DNA of 63,567 nt, filler included, from Octopus bimaculoides (lineage: Eukaryota): NCBI RefSeq assembly GCF_001194135.2. It is 5 parts of 5 records of this genome, joined end to end, with 100 filler letters (N's around TTAATTAATTAA, not from the genome) between each part and the next. Parts side by side here need not be neighbours in the genome. Positions count along the whole stretch, not along the records: positions 1 to 19,867 come from NC_068986.1; 4 more parts are not named here. One strand, written 5' to 3'. The translations under genes were made by a program, and so were the position numbers. The notes under the pieces are model-generated. The model was given only the letters and a program-made list of their open reading frames with translations, made no database searches and was not told where the DNA came from. Below are positions 1-12,390 of the stretch, one piece after another. Within the stretch, counting starts at the first letter, position 1. Each line of letters begins with the position of its first letter.

Positions 1-32
1 GAAAAAATTTGAAGAAAGAAGAAAAAAAAAAC

Positions 33-90
<58 letters not shown>
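33..90 (+). repeat. (AAT)n microsatellite
   Basis: Direct reading of the sequence. Confidence 0.95.
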
Positions 91-91
<1 letters not shown>

Positions 92-172
92 GTTTTAGAA
101 TATACCGTCATTTTGTTCAAGATTAACTTTTGCTATTGTCTTGCATAACTTACGTGTTACATGGAATTTCAG

Positions 173-434
173 AGAAGCGGCCCTACACATCGGCATTACT
201 AAGCAGCGTCTTGCGTCTCAAAGGAGGATGCTCACCTTCGGATAAAACTATTACCAACGCTGTTCGGAAAAGTGTACTAGATCGGACCGTAAATGATCAT
301 AGCATCGAGCTTGTTGCGCCTATTGCCTTCAAAGTACAGGTAACGTGTAATGGCGGCAATACGTCAGATGGAAACCAACAGAAGGATGGACAGTTCGATC
401 TGATGATGCATCTCCAATGGAAGATTAATCTCAA
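173..434 (+). CDS. Internal coding exon (phase 1 to 2) of a type-I membrane protein; SEA-like ectodomain module
   Basis: tttcag|AGAAG acceptor, CTCAA|gttagt donor; open frame KRPYTSALLSSVLRLKGGCSPSDK...FDLMMHLQWKINLK; phase matches the exon at 1641. Confidence 0.75.
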
Positions 435-1054
435 GTTAGTATTATTACCATATGCATCGTTACACACAGACACACCCATATACACACACATGTGTATATA
501 AATATATATATACATATATAAATACACACGCACGCATATATACATATATGTATGTGTGTATATATGTATATGTATATATACACGCATATAGACACACATA
601 TATACATACATGCATATACACGCATGCATATATATATATATACACACGTATATATATATATATATATATNNNNNNNNNNNNNNNNNNNNNNNNNNNNNNN
701 NNNNNNNNNNNNNNNNNNNNNNNNNNNNNNNNNNNNNNNNNNNNNNNNNNNNNNNNNNNNNNNNNNNNNNNNNNNNNNNNNNNNNNNNNNNNNNNNNNNN
801 NNNNNNNNNNNNNNNNNNNNNNNNNNNNNNNNNNNNNNNNNNNNNNNNNNNNNNNNNNNNNNNNNNNNNNNNNNACGACGCTATATAAAATAAATTTTAA
901 TTTATAATTGTCTCAGAGATATTTTACATGTTTCTGTTCTAGAAAAAACGAACGTTATCAAAAATACATATTTTTTTTTTAAATGTAATTAAAATAAAAG
1001 TTCATAATTGTTTCTTACTGGTGTCAACATAATGCACGTGGGACCGTTTTTTGT

Positions 1055-1350
1055 GTAGGGACATAATGGTTGTCTAGTGCGTTGACTTGAATCGTTGGCT
1101 GCCGTAGTTCGATTCCAGGCAGTAACCTGAATAATAATAATAATAATGATAATAATAATAATAACAACATCGAAAAATACCTTAGGAATGAGAACCTAGG
1201 TTCAAAATTTTCCCAAGACACCTGATGAAGGCTGGAGGGTATATCAGCCGAAGCGTTGTGTTAACAATAAACAAGATGAGGACAAATATCTGTTAAATGT
1301 AAATAATGTAAATAATGTACACAATTCCTCATCTCTTAAATATAGAACTT
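1055..1350 (+). mobile_element. tRNA-headed SINE-like element with internal (AAT)n and a hammerhead motif in its 3' part
   Basis: A-box-like TGGTTGTCTAGTGCG and B-box GTTCGATTCC (~1107-1116), then (AAT)n, HHR motif and an AATGTAAAT repeat tail. Confidence 0.6.
1218..1261 (+). ncRNA. Minimal type-I hammerhead ribozyme motif (PLE type) with one core substitution
   Basis: ACAC-CTGATGA-A-GGCTG(gagggtatat)CAGCC-GAAG-CGT-T-GTGT: stems I and II pair perfectly; GAAG replaces GAAA. Confidence 0.65.
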
Positions 1351-1640
1351 AAATTCTACAACTGTTTCATCGACGCTTTGCCAGGAGTCTATTGCTGGGA
1401 TAGCATATATTTATGGATTTTCAGATATATCACTAGTGAAGCGATACATTTTCGTTCGATGAGAGTATCTGATAACCGATACTCGTGGACGGGTTTTATA
1501 AAGTAGACGCCAAGGTTATAACCCCTATACATATGTATGTATGTATTTATTTATGTATGTATGTATGTATGTATGTATGTATGTATATATGTATGTATGC
1601 ATTTATGTAAATGTACGTAAATATATGTATGTATTTCCAG

Positions 1641-1831
1641 GAATACAGTTGAAAGGGTAAACGGTACAGCAGAACTATGGAAGACGGTTAATCGTACAGT
1701 CGTTGCTTTAACAAATACTCAATTCCGAATTATGGTTGGACAATCCAGTTATGGACCTGCCGTATCTGAAGGCAACCCTGAATTGACATATTTGTGTGAT
1801 GTAGGATTCCTGAAGACCGAGTCAGGCTGTG
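1641..1831 (+). CDS. Internal coding exon (phase 2 to 1) of the same membrane-protein gene
   Basis: atttccag|G acceptor, TGTG|gtaagt donor; NTVERVNGTAELWKTVNRTVVAL...YLCDVGFLKTESGC; splices in frame to 173-434. Confidence 0.8.
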
Positions 1832-1892
1832 GTAAGTAGAACATATTGTCGATATTTATAATAACAACCGTACAGATATTCTTTTCTTCTCT

Positions 1893-2250
1893 AAGCACAA
1901 GGCCCGAAGTTTTTGGAGAGGGGGACCAGTCGATTAGATCGACCCTGAAAGGATGAAAGGTGAAGTCGACCTCGGCAGAATTTGAACTCTGAACGTAAAG
2001 ACCGACGAAATACTGCTAAGCATTTCACCCGGCGAGCTAACGCTTTTTATTTCTTTATTGCCCACAAGGGGCTACACACAGAGGGGACAAACAAGGACAG
2101 GCAAAGGGATTAAGTCGATTACATCGACCCCAGTGCATAACTGGTAACTTAATTTATCGACCCCGAAAGGATAAAAGGCAAAATCGACCTCCGCGGAATT
2201 TGAACTCAGAACGTAACGGCGTGCTAACGTTTCTGCCAGCTCGCCGCCTT
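1893..2250 (-). mobile_element. Two adjacent copies of SINE family A (head GGCGGCGAGCTGGCAGAA, body TCATCCTTTCGGGGTCGATAAATTAAGTACCAG)
   Basis: Matches about 20 other copies in the window; B-box-like GTTCAAAT. Confidence 0.85.
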
Positions 2251-2404
2251 AACGACCGTATAGATATAAAAAAGAAACCCACCTCACGGACATAGGGGGC
2301 TATTTCTAATGTTTCTTTTACTCTTTCTTCTTCATTCTCAGAGTCAAGTGTTTGAAGCTTCAACTTCAATATAAATACAAGTATATATGTATATCGTTTA
2401 ATTG

Positions 2405-2575
2405 ATTCAGTCATAGAACAGAGGCCATACTGCAGCACCGCCTTGAAAATGTTTTAGTCGAATGAATCGAGCTCAGTACGTATGTCTTAGTTAGGCCTCG
2501 TACCTATTCTATCGGTATCTTTTGCCGAACCGCTTCTTACCACACAGCCACGCATGCGGCTATACATATATTCAT
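2405..2575 (-). mobile_element. Fragment of SINE family C (CORE-like)
   Basis: Similar to family C tail (GGTGCTGCAGTATGGCC...TGACTGAATC) and head (GCGTGGCTGTGTGGTAAGAAGC). Confidence 0.6.
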
Positions 2576-2792
2576 ATACAGAGAGAGAAATAGACAGACA
2601 GTGACATACATACATACATACATACATACATACATACATACATACATAACTACATGAGCTGAATTAATTTAAACAAAAGAGCCTTGCCACCTTGTTAGTG
2701 AGTGGCTTCAATTCTGCAACAGAATTTAAATCCTGAAGAAGCATGAATATAATCATTTATATATACATATACAAGCAGAGACAGACAGACAC

Positions 2793-2853
<61 letters not shown>

Positions 2854-3404
2854 CATACATACATACATACATACATACATACATACATACATACACACAT
2901 ACGCACATAACCATACTATCACATATGCATGCGCACACACAAAACACAAGTGCAGACGCATATCTGGCTTTTGTAATGGATATAAAGAATATACATTCTC
3001 CCGGGAATAGAGAGATATGAAGTAAAGCTGTAATATGAAAACTAACTACTAAAAATGGCTTCCATCAACAGGTGTTATGATAAACCAAAAAGGATGTATA
3101 AATAAATCAAGATAAAAGCATCAAATACTATTGCAAGATGTTAATATGTTATTGATACGAGTTCTAGCAATTGTATTAGAGTTCGTACAACTAATTTATA
3201 AAAACAAAAAATGCATACAAGTTTAATTCAGACCACCCAGTTGCCGTGTTGAGATATTTAATAAATATCTACGTCTAAAAAGCCGACATGTTTATGTCCG
3301 CTTTTTATGTTTATGAGCTGCTTCATACGATGATCACACGATTATCTATATAAGAGTGTGTATGAATATATATATATATGTATGTGTATATATATATATG
3401 TGTA

Positions 3405-3435
<31 letters not shown>

Positions 3436-3668
3436 NNNNNNNNNNNNNNNNNNNNNNNNNNNNNNNNNNNNNNNNNNNNNNNNNNNNNNNNNNNNNNNNN
3501 NNNNNNNNNNNNNNNNNNNNNNNNNNNNNNNNNNNNNNNNNNNNNNNNNNNNNNNNNNNNNNNNNNNNNNNNNNNNNNNNNNNNNNNNNNNNNNNNNNNN
3601 NNNNNNNNNNNNNNNNNNNNNNNNNNNNNNNNNNNNNNNNNNNNNNNNNNNNNNNNNNNNNNNNNNNG

Positions 3669-4536
3669 ATATTGGACTCCAAATGTTAGAAAAGATCACA
3701 AAAGTATAATTCCCGACAGCTTAATGTCTACCTCGAGAACTCAGTTTCCATAAAAACTGTTCGCCGGGAGCTGCACAAAGTCGAATTTCACAGGAGGGCT
3801 GCAATCAGAAAATCACTACTTTCAAAAACAAACGTTGCAAAGTGTTTAGAGTGGAATAAAAACCTACAGAATTCGTCCCTAAAGTAGTGGGAAAATGTTA
3901 TTTTCTCGGGCGAGTCATTCTTTGCCTTATTTCCGACTACCCACCGAGTATACGTGTGGAGACAGCCGAAAGAAGCATTTGACCCAGACTGCCTTCTTTC
4001 AACTGTTAAACATGGAAGAGATCTGTGATGATCTGTAGGGCTATTTCCTAGAAATCCGCCGGCCCAATGGTTTCCCTTCATGGCAGAATTAATAGTCAAG
4101 ACTATTTAAACATGTTATCTTATCAAATTCATCCTATTTGCGGAGCTGTTTCCGGAAGGAAACAATCTTTCAGGATGATAATGCACCAATTCGCACAGAT
4201 AAAGTTGTTACTGAATGGCACGAGGACCATTTTAATGAAGTTGAACATTTTATATGGCCACCACAGACCCCAGAACCCAATATTATTGAACAATTATGGT
4301 GCATTTTAGAAAAACAAGTAAGGAGTCGATATCCTCCACCATCATCACTACAAGAACTGGAGGCTATTTTAGCTGAAGAATGGACAAAATTCCTTTGGAA
4401 ACAATTCAAACTTCGTACGAGTCCATAGCTCGTAGAATTCAAGCTGTAATAACTGCCAAAGGTGGTCATATCCCATATTAAAATAAATTTGTTTGAAATT
4501 TTAAAGTGTTTCCATTATTTTTCCAACCCCTGTGTA
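3669..4536 (+). mobile_element. Tc1-like transposase pseudogene with DD36E spacing; 5' part lost in a gap
   Basis: TVRRELHK...WENVIFSGES...FQDDNAP...WPPQTPEPNIIEQLW; stops and frameshifts; 3' TIR-like TTTTCCAACCCCTG. Confidence 0.9.
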
Positions 4537-4784
4537 AACAATTATTTGAATATAACGGTCCTTGATTTATGCACAAGACCAGCATTTGAGGGCAGGAGTT
4601 TACTGATTGAATTGATTTCAGTACTGATACTTTATTTATCGACCAAGACTAAAATGTAAAGATGACTTTAGCTGGATTCGAAATCGTAATGTAAAGGAAC
4701 AGAACGAATACGACAGAGTATTTTCTCTGATGCTCTAACTGTTCGGCCACTTGGTTATAATTCATCCAATAAACATTTCGCTTC

Positions 4785-4876
4785 CGCCGAGGTTGACTTT
4801 GCCTTTCATCCTTTCGGGGGTTGATAAATTAAGTACCAATTGAGTACTGGGGTCGATCTAATCGACTGACCCCTTA
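4785..4876 (+). mobile_element. SINE family A fragment
   Basis: CCGCCGAGGTTGACTTTGCCTTTCATCCTTTCGGGG...GTCGATCTAATCGACT. Confidence 0.8.
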
Positions 4877-4910
4877 AAATAAATATTTCACTTCATCGGA
4901 CAACTGGAAT

Positions 4911-5304
4911 CGTGGTACTCCGTCGATTACGACGACGAGGGTTCCAGTTGATCCGATCGACGGAACAGCCTGCTCGTGAAATTAACATCCAAGTGGCTGA
5001 GAACTCCACAGACACGTGTACCCTTAACGTAGTTCTCGGAGAGATTCAGCGTGACATAGAGTGTGACAAAGCTGGCCCTTTGAAATACAGGTACAACAGA
5101 AACAAGAAGAAAGAGTGAGAGAAAGTTGAGAGAAAGTTGCGGTGAAAGGGTACAGCAGGATTTGCCACCACCCCCTGTCGGAGCCTCGTGGAGTTGTAGG
5201 CGTTTTAGCTCAATGAACACTCACGTTGCCCTGTCTGGGAAACGAAACCATGATCTTACGACCGCGAGTCCACTGCTCTAACCACTGGGTCATTGCACCT
5301 CCAC
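4911..5304 (-). mobile_element. Full-length SINE family B (tRNA-derived head) with 11-bp TSD
   Basis: Head GTGGAGGTGCAATGACCCAGTGGTTAGAGC on - strand; TSD ACAACTGGAAT at 4900-4910 and 5305-5315; similar to 44088-44473. Confidence 0.9.
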
Positions 5305-5612
5305 ACAACTGGAATATTCATTGTGAAAACCGGTGGAAAATCCATTTAGTATCATTTGCTCTATTTACAGACGAATACGTTTCACAGATTAACGTGTAAT
5401 TTTAGCGCATGCGTGTATACCTCTGTCTCTGTAAGTGTTTGTTTGTGGACGTTGATATGCTGTGTACAAGCATGGATGGTAAATGTTAAAGGTTGAATAG
5501 AGTTCAAAGGAAACTTCACCGGATATTTTTTGTGGGTATTTGGGTTTCTGTGCTAATGATTCTGATTTGTGTATCTAAAAATAACGCTAATCAAATACAC
5601 ATGCGCGCAAAA

Positions 5613-5673
<61 letters not shown>

Positions 5674-6179
5674 CCAAGTTTTTTTGTGACGTCCTGTACC
5701 CAGATATGCATCTATATATACATGTAGATGTAGGTATGTACATACATGTACGTATATATGCATATACTCACATATTATTTGNNNNNNNNNNNNNNNNNNN
5801 NNNNNNNNNNNNNNNNNNNNNNNNNNNNNNNNNNNNNNNNNNNNNNNNNNNNNNNNNNNNNNNNNNNNNNNNNNNNNNNNNNNNNNNNNNNNNNNNNNNN
5901 NNNNNNNNNNNNNNNNNNNNNNNNNNNNNNNNNNNNNNNNNNNNNNNNNNNNNNNNNNNNNNNNNNNNNNNNNNNNNNNNNNNNNNNNNNNNNNNNNNNN
6001 NNNNNNNNNNNNNNNNNNNNNNNNNNNNNNNNNNNNNNNNNNNNNNNNNNNNNNNNNNNNNNNNNNNNNNNNNNNNNNNNNNNNNNNNNNNNNNNNNNNN
6101 NNNNNNNNNNNNNNNNNNNNNNNNNNNNNNNNNNNNNNNNNNNNNNNNNNNNNNNNNNNNNNNNNNNNNNNNNNNNNNN

Positions 6180-6245
<66 letters not shown>

Positions 6246-6598
6246 GTATTCATATTTGTTGGTGAGTATGCGTTTGTGTGAGTGGGGTGCATTGTTATAC
6301 TCTCACATAACTCTCACACACACGTATAGACGAAAGGTCGAGTCAGTAATCTCAAAGCTCTACAAGATGAATAAGTTTGTATTAATGAATATCTAGAGAT
6401 AAAGCTTTGTATGAGTATCTAGATGCAGTCAAGCAGATATGTCTAAATCATAAATATATTTCGTACAAGCTTCCTTTTTTTATTCTTCTTATCAGGTACA
6501 TTATTAGCTGTGATATAGAACGGAAATTCATCTTATGGACACACTTGTATCAATAAATAAATGTGTGTTAATATATGTTAATATATGTTAATATATAA

Positions 6599-6665
<67 letters not shown>

Positions 6666-7589
6666 GACAGCTTCTCCACCTCTTATCAGCTCTACTGTGT
6701 CTCGCTTGTAAACTTGGTCCGACACACTTTACTGACGTTTTACTTACCAGAACTTTAGCTTACTAAAAATTTCATCTGTATAGAGACAAAAGTCGAGTAA
6801 CCCGGAGCATTTCATTGGAATTACTTCTATTCGTTCACATTCCTTGTTTTGGGAACTAAGAGAAACAGAATATCACGATGCTAGCCAAATATACACGGTA
6901 TTTGAAAAGTAAAAGCCACGAATATAATATTAGATGAAAAGTAATTGAAATATGCAAATCTTCCTCTAATAACAAAAGAGGGAATAAACTTTGTATATAT
7001 AGCAGAAAAAAGATGGATACTAAAAACTCGCTCACACAAGAGCTGTACTTGAATTCAGAATCCTAAATATCGAAGCCTTAAACTTTCTTACGCTAGAGGA
7101 AGTGCATTCTCTGATACAGAAGTTGATAACCGTAGCAACATTGTTCCTGCAGTTGGTAATCAAGTTCTAGAGATTTCCTGTCATCATTTGATGTGTTCTC
7201 TTTTTTCTATTTCCATTTTTCTTTTGTTTTTCTATTCCTGATCTTGGTGCCAGGTCCCGAGATATTCTATTACATATGTTTATACTTTCCTTATTTCTTC
7301 TTTTATATTATTTTCCTCGAGGTAAAAGCTATTTGCCAACATTATGTGGCTGTCCCGAAAGGGACGATGTTACTGTAGTTTTAGCCCCAGGAAGCATCGT
7401 TTCTAGCTGGCTATACGACACAATATCTGTGTCCTTATATTTTCGAACAGGGAGCACAGCATTACCATCAAGCTCAAAACATCTGTGGACTAGTTTCTAG
7501 GTTGTTGCTCTTTATCAACACAGAGTAGCTGCTTTGACTAGATAGCGTTGCTGAATTCACCGTTCGAACATACAGTTTTCAAAGTGACA

Positions 7590-7775
7590 CACGCCGGGCG
7601 AAATGTTTAGCGGTATTTCGTCTACCGCTATGTTCTGAGTTCAAATTCCGCCGACGTCGACTTTGCCTTTCTTCATTTCGGGGTCGATAAATTAAGTACC
7701 AGTTGCGTACTGGGGTCGATCTAATCGACTGGCCTCTCCCAAAAAATTTCGGGCCTTGTGTCTAGAGTAGAAAAG
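7590..7775 (+). mobile_element. SINE family A copy
   Basis: Family A body and AGAGTAGAAAAG tail. Confidence 0.85.
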
Positions 7776-8184
7776 AGTATTATGATATTTCAAGTTTTAA
7801 TATCAGATATTGTATGATATTGAAACATTTGAAAACAACATTGCTTTTTATTAGCATTAAATGTATGGAAACAGTGACTTGCGTATTCATTTTTAATACG
7901 TCCTGGCATATTCGAACGTGTATATGCTAATCGCTGATGTATTTTGTCTGTGGAGAATGACTTATTCTTTCAGACAATGTGTGTGCACAACACACTCGTT
8001 TCATTGAAGTAAGAGAACTTTTATTTCATCTTGCTATAATACTTTGTCGTCTGTTTCTTTGGAGAGCAAATCCGGTCAGCGTTTTATTTACATGTGGTGG
8101 GATTACAGGGAATATATTAATTGAATTTTCAAATATTTTTCAAACATTTTCAATGCTTTTCTTTTTTTTTTTTTTCTTTTTTAG

Positions 8185-8523
8185 TAAAATACGAAAATGT
8201 TGACGACACAATCTCGAACAACATCGATCTCCACTTTGTAGTTTCCATATTGCGCAGAACATCTTGTCTTCTAGAATGGCATCAATTGACTACCCGTTCA
8301 CAGAATTCGACCAGAGCATTGTATGTCGTTCACAGGGAACGGGCCACCAACCCTGCCAACTGGACCTGGAGCGAAGCCCTTAACTCTACGACCGTGCATT
8401 ACAAACTAGAGTCTCTACTGCCCGGTAAGCGATATGAAGCGGGATTAATGTGGCTACCGAACATACACAGTACAAAACGCTTTCTGTTGACTTCACTTCA
8501 TTTCAAGACAAAATTAAAAAGAG
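8185..8523 (+). CDS. Coding exon (phase 1 to 1) encoding a fibronectin type III domain
   Basis: Poly-T acceptor ttttttag|TA; RRTSCLLEW...ALYVVHRE...HYKLESLLPGKRYEAGL...LHFKTK has the FN3 W, Y, L-x-P-G-x-x-Y pattern; donor AGAG|gttggc is non-optimal. Confidence 0.75.
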
Positions 8524-8802
8524 GTTGGCATGNNNNNNNNNNNNNNNNNNNNNNNNNNNNNNNNNNNNNNNNNNNNNNNNNNNNNNNNNNNNNNNNNNNN
8601 NNNNNNNNNNNNNNNNNNNNNGTAGTGGTTAAGGCATTGTATTCATGATCGTAAGATCGCAGTTTCAAGTCCTGGATTTGGTGGTGAATAGTATTCCTAA
8701 CCAAAACACTTCATTTCACGTTTATTCCGATGAGGTATTGAATACTCTCATCATTATTTTTTAAGAACATTTTCTAATTATTACTATTATTATTATCATT
8801 AT

Positions 8803-9440
8803 TAAGGAGACAAGCTGGAAGAATCGTTAGCACGCCGGGTGAAATTCTTAGCGGTATATCGCCCGTCTTTACGTTCTGAGTTCAAATTCCACCGAGGTCG
8901 ACTTTGCCTTTCATCCTTCGGGATCGATAAAATAAGTACCAGTTGAGTAGTGGGGGTGATGTAATCGACTAAACCCCTCCCCCAAACTTCAGGCCTTGTG
9001 CCTATAGTGGAAAGGATTATTATCTGCATAATTATTAAGGTGGCGAGCTGGCAGAATTGTTAGCACGCCAGGCAAAATGCTTAGCGGTATTTCATCCGTC
9101 TTAAACGTTTTAAGTTCAAATTCCGCCGAGGTCAACTTTGCCTTACATCCTTTCGGAGTCGATAAAATAAATACCAGCTAAACACTGGGGTCGATGTAAT
9201 CGACTTACCCTTGTGCCAAAATTTGAGATCGATGTTATGCGAGCTGACAGAACCATTAACGCGCCGGACAAAATGCTTAGCGGCATTTCGTTCGTCTTTA
9301 CGATCTGTGTTTTTTTTTTACGTTCTGTGTTCAAATCCCTCCGGAGTTGACTTGGCCTTTCGTCGTCTCGAGGTTGATAAAATAAGCAATAACAGTTAGG
9401 CATTGAGATCGATATAATCGATCAGCCCCCTCCTCCAAGA
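8803..9440 (+). mobile_element. Three head-to-tail SINE family A copies
   Basis: Heads at ~8803, ~9036 and ~9236, each followed by the family A body. Confidence 0.85.
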
Positions 9441-9869
9441 TTTCCCACCTATTATTTAATTCCTTCCTTCAGCTATCATTCACAAACTTCTGTCCTTCCT
9501 CAGTCTTTCGAAAAGAAAATTTTCATTTACAATAGTGTGTCATGTGAATAAGTATTAAAAGTGACATACTAAGACAATCCCTGCGTTGATTGAGAACGCT
9601 ATACGTGACTGCACCTTACAGTGTTACTTTACGATTGGCTTGCGGCTTGTGGGGTTTCCACGATCAACCCAGAAAAGTTTTGGGAACCACGTTGTTTTTA
9701 TGTTTACATATATAATATTTAGCCTTTTACCTTTTGCTAAAACCTGTTTACATGCCTTTCTTGTTTTTTTGTATGACCCCACCCCTTTGTCTTGTATTGT
9801 CCTTCTATGCTGAGCCCTTAGAGGCAAATAAAGAAAAGAATTTTCTACATCCAGAAAGAAGTGTATTTT

Positions 9870-10070
9870 ACCTTCGCAGGTCCTCTGAGACTAATGAGAA
9901 ACTGGTACAGTTGAAATTCAGATTACTTCTACAGGAAAAACATGAAAGGAAATGGAATTTCACAAGGGTGACGTAATTGGATGGAAGAAAAAGCAGTTAG
10001 TGCAGACATAGTGGTGTAGATAGCATGGGTGTGTCAGAAACGTAATTTGGATGTGCCTTGTTATGGTAAG
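9870..10070 (+). mobile_element. Possible decayed CR1/L2-like LINE 3' end
   Basis: EKLVQLKFRLLLQ...NFTRVT*LD loosely resembles the CR1 ORF2 C-terminal KL..RFRL..RK.FF..RV motif. Confidence 0.3.
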
Positions 10071-10924
10071 CAGTTAGCTATTTCAAAGGAGTCCAGAGGG
10101 AAAAGGAAGTTGATTAACGTTGGCTTTGAATGTATGGATCGATCCGGAAATAAAAATGGGAAATAGTCTGAAGCTAAAAAGTTTATGCTGTTTAGTTACG
10201 ATTCCTGTGTAGATGCATTTCCATTTATTTCATTTGTATATTTAATTAATGCAATTACCGTTATGTAGAAACTCGAGCTTCTACATAACGGGTAGACGGG
10301 TAACTTTGACGTGACTTTGGAAGTATATATNNNNNNNNNNNNNNNNNNNNNNNNNNNNNNNNNNNNNNNNNNNNNNNNNNNNNNNNNNNNNNNNNNNNNN
10401 NNNNNNNNNNNNNNNNNNNNNNNNNNNNNNNNNNNNNNNNNNNNNNNNNNNNNNNNNNNNNNNNNNNNNNNNNNNNNNNNNNNNNNNNNNNNNNNNNNNN
10501 NNNNNNNNNNNNNNNNNNNNNNNNNNNNNNNNNNNNNNNNNNNNNNNNNNNNNNNNNNNNNNNNNNNNNNNNNNNNNNNNNNNNNNNNNNNNNNNNNNNN
10601 NNNNNNNNNNNNNNNNNNNNNNNNNNNNNNNNNNNNNNNNNNNNNNNNNNNNNNNNNNNNNNNNNNNNNNNNNNNNNNNNNNNNNNNNNNNNNNNNNNNN
10701 NNNNNNNNNNNNNNNNNNNNNNNNNNNNNNNNNNNNNNNNNNNNNNNNNNNNNNNNNNNNNNNNNNNNNNNNNNNNNNNNNNNNNNNNNNNNNNNNNNNN
10801 NNNNNNNNNNNNNNNNNNNNNNNNNNNNNNNNNNNNNNNNNNNNNNNNNNNNNNNNNNNNNNNNNNNNNNNNNNNNNNNNNNTTATATATGTATATATGT
10901 ATGTAAATGTGTGTGTGTATATTT

Positions 10925-11130
10925 GTGTGTCTGAGTTTGTCCCCCCCCCCCCAACATCGCTTGACAACCTATGCTGGTGTGTTTATCTCCCCGTAACATA
11001 GCGATTCGGCAAAAGAAACCGATAGAATAAGTACTAGGCTTACTAAGAATAAGTCCTGGGGTCGATTTACTTGACTAAAGGCTGTGTTCCAGCATGGCCA
11101 CAGTCAAATGACTGAAACGAGTAAAAGAGT
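10925..11130 (+). mobile_element. SINE family C 3' half
   Basis: CCCCCAACATCGCTTGACAACC...CAGTCAAATGACTGAAACGAGTAAAAGAG; same as 17690-17880. Confidence 0.85.
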
Positions 11131-11146
11131 ATATATATATATAAAA

Positions 11147-11327
11147 TTATAATAAGGGTGCCGAATGATTACAACACCAGTGTGCTAGAAATAGACCCCA
11201 AATAGTCTATGAACCACTTAGATTACTCCACTACACCAAGTGGAGTAATAATCTAAGTGGTTCATAGACCATTTGGGATCTATTTCTAGCAGACTGGTGT
11301 TGTAATCATTCAGCACCCTTATTATAA
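11147..11327. repeat. Near-perfect foldback hairpin, ~86-bp arms and 6-nt loop
   Basis: TTATAATAAGGGTG...TACTCCACT / AGTGGAGTA...CACCCTTATTATAA. Confidence 0.9.
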
Positions 11328-11424
11328 ATTTAATATAAATTAACCATTGTGGTATATTTAGTCTGCTGGCCACTGATAAATCATCAGATAATGATTTTAT
11401 CCTAATTATGTAGTATAAATATAG

Positions 11425-11477
<53 letters not shown>

Positions 11478-11892
11478 TACCCCTACACCGCTTGATAACC
11501 GGTGTTTGTGCGTTTACGTCTCTGTAACTTCGGCAATAATGTAAGGTGCAACCGTCAGATACTATTGACGTAATATTAAACCTCCTAACGAGGTCGACTT
11601 TGCCTTTTCACCCATTCGGTTTCGATACGATAAAGTACCAGTTGAGTGTTGGGAATCAATGCAATCGATTTCCCCATTTCTCCAAATTGCTGGCCTTTGG
11701 TCAAAATTAGAAAGGATTAGTGTATGACGACCAATGTTACTTCACTTGCAGAAGTCAACACTTTGCATAGAGATTTTGGAGCGCTAATTTATATCACACC
11801 AATGCAGGTTGCCACAGAACAGCAATCGATTAAATAAACCCCAGAATTTTGTAGGCAAAAAGCACTTTTTTAATATAGTATGTATTATTGAA

Positions 11893-12325
11893 AAGGCGGC
11901 GAGCTGACAGAAACTTTAGCATGCCGTGTGAAAATGCTTAGTGGTATTTCGTCTGCTGCTACGTTCTAAGTTCAAATTCCACCGAGGTCGACGTTGCCTT
12001 TCATCCTTTCGGGGTCGATAAATTAAGTACCAGTTACGCACTGGGGTCGATGTAATCGACTTAATCCCTTTGTCTGTCCTTGTTTGTCCCCTCTATGTTT
12101 AGCCCCTTGTGGGCAATAAAGAAGTAAGAAACTTTAGCACGCCGTGCGAAATGCTAAGGGATGTTTCGTCTGTCTTTACGTTCTGAGGTCGAGTTTGCCT
12201 TTCATTCTTTCGGAGTCGATAAATTAAGAACCAGTTGCGTCCTGGAGTCGATTTAATCGACTGGCCCCCTCCCACCCAAAAAACAAAAAAAATTCGGGCC
12301 AGGTGCCTAGAGTAGAAAAGAATAT
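11893..12325 (+). mobile_element. Two tandem SINE family A copies
   Basis: Head at 11893; second, 5'-truncated copy from ~12125. Confidence 0.85.
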
Positions 12326-12390
12326 TTATTATTGAAGAAACAAAAGAAAACATATGACATTTACGTTTCTGTTGTACTCCCCCTTTTCAG

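Noticed and set aside
340-345. CAG|GTAACG donor as the end of exon 1
   Set aside because: Phase 0 gives a stop in the next exon; the downstream phase-2 donor at 435 fits.
6748-6775. 28-nt - strand micro-exon with strong splice signals
   Set aside because: No partner exons identified; such signals arise by chance in AT-rich introns.
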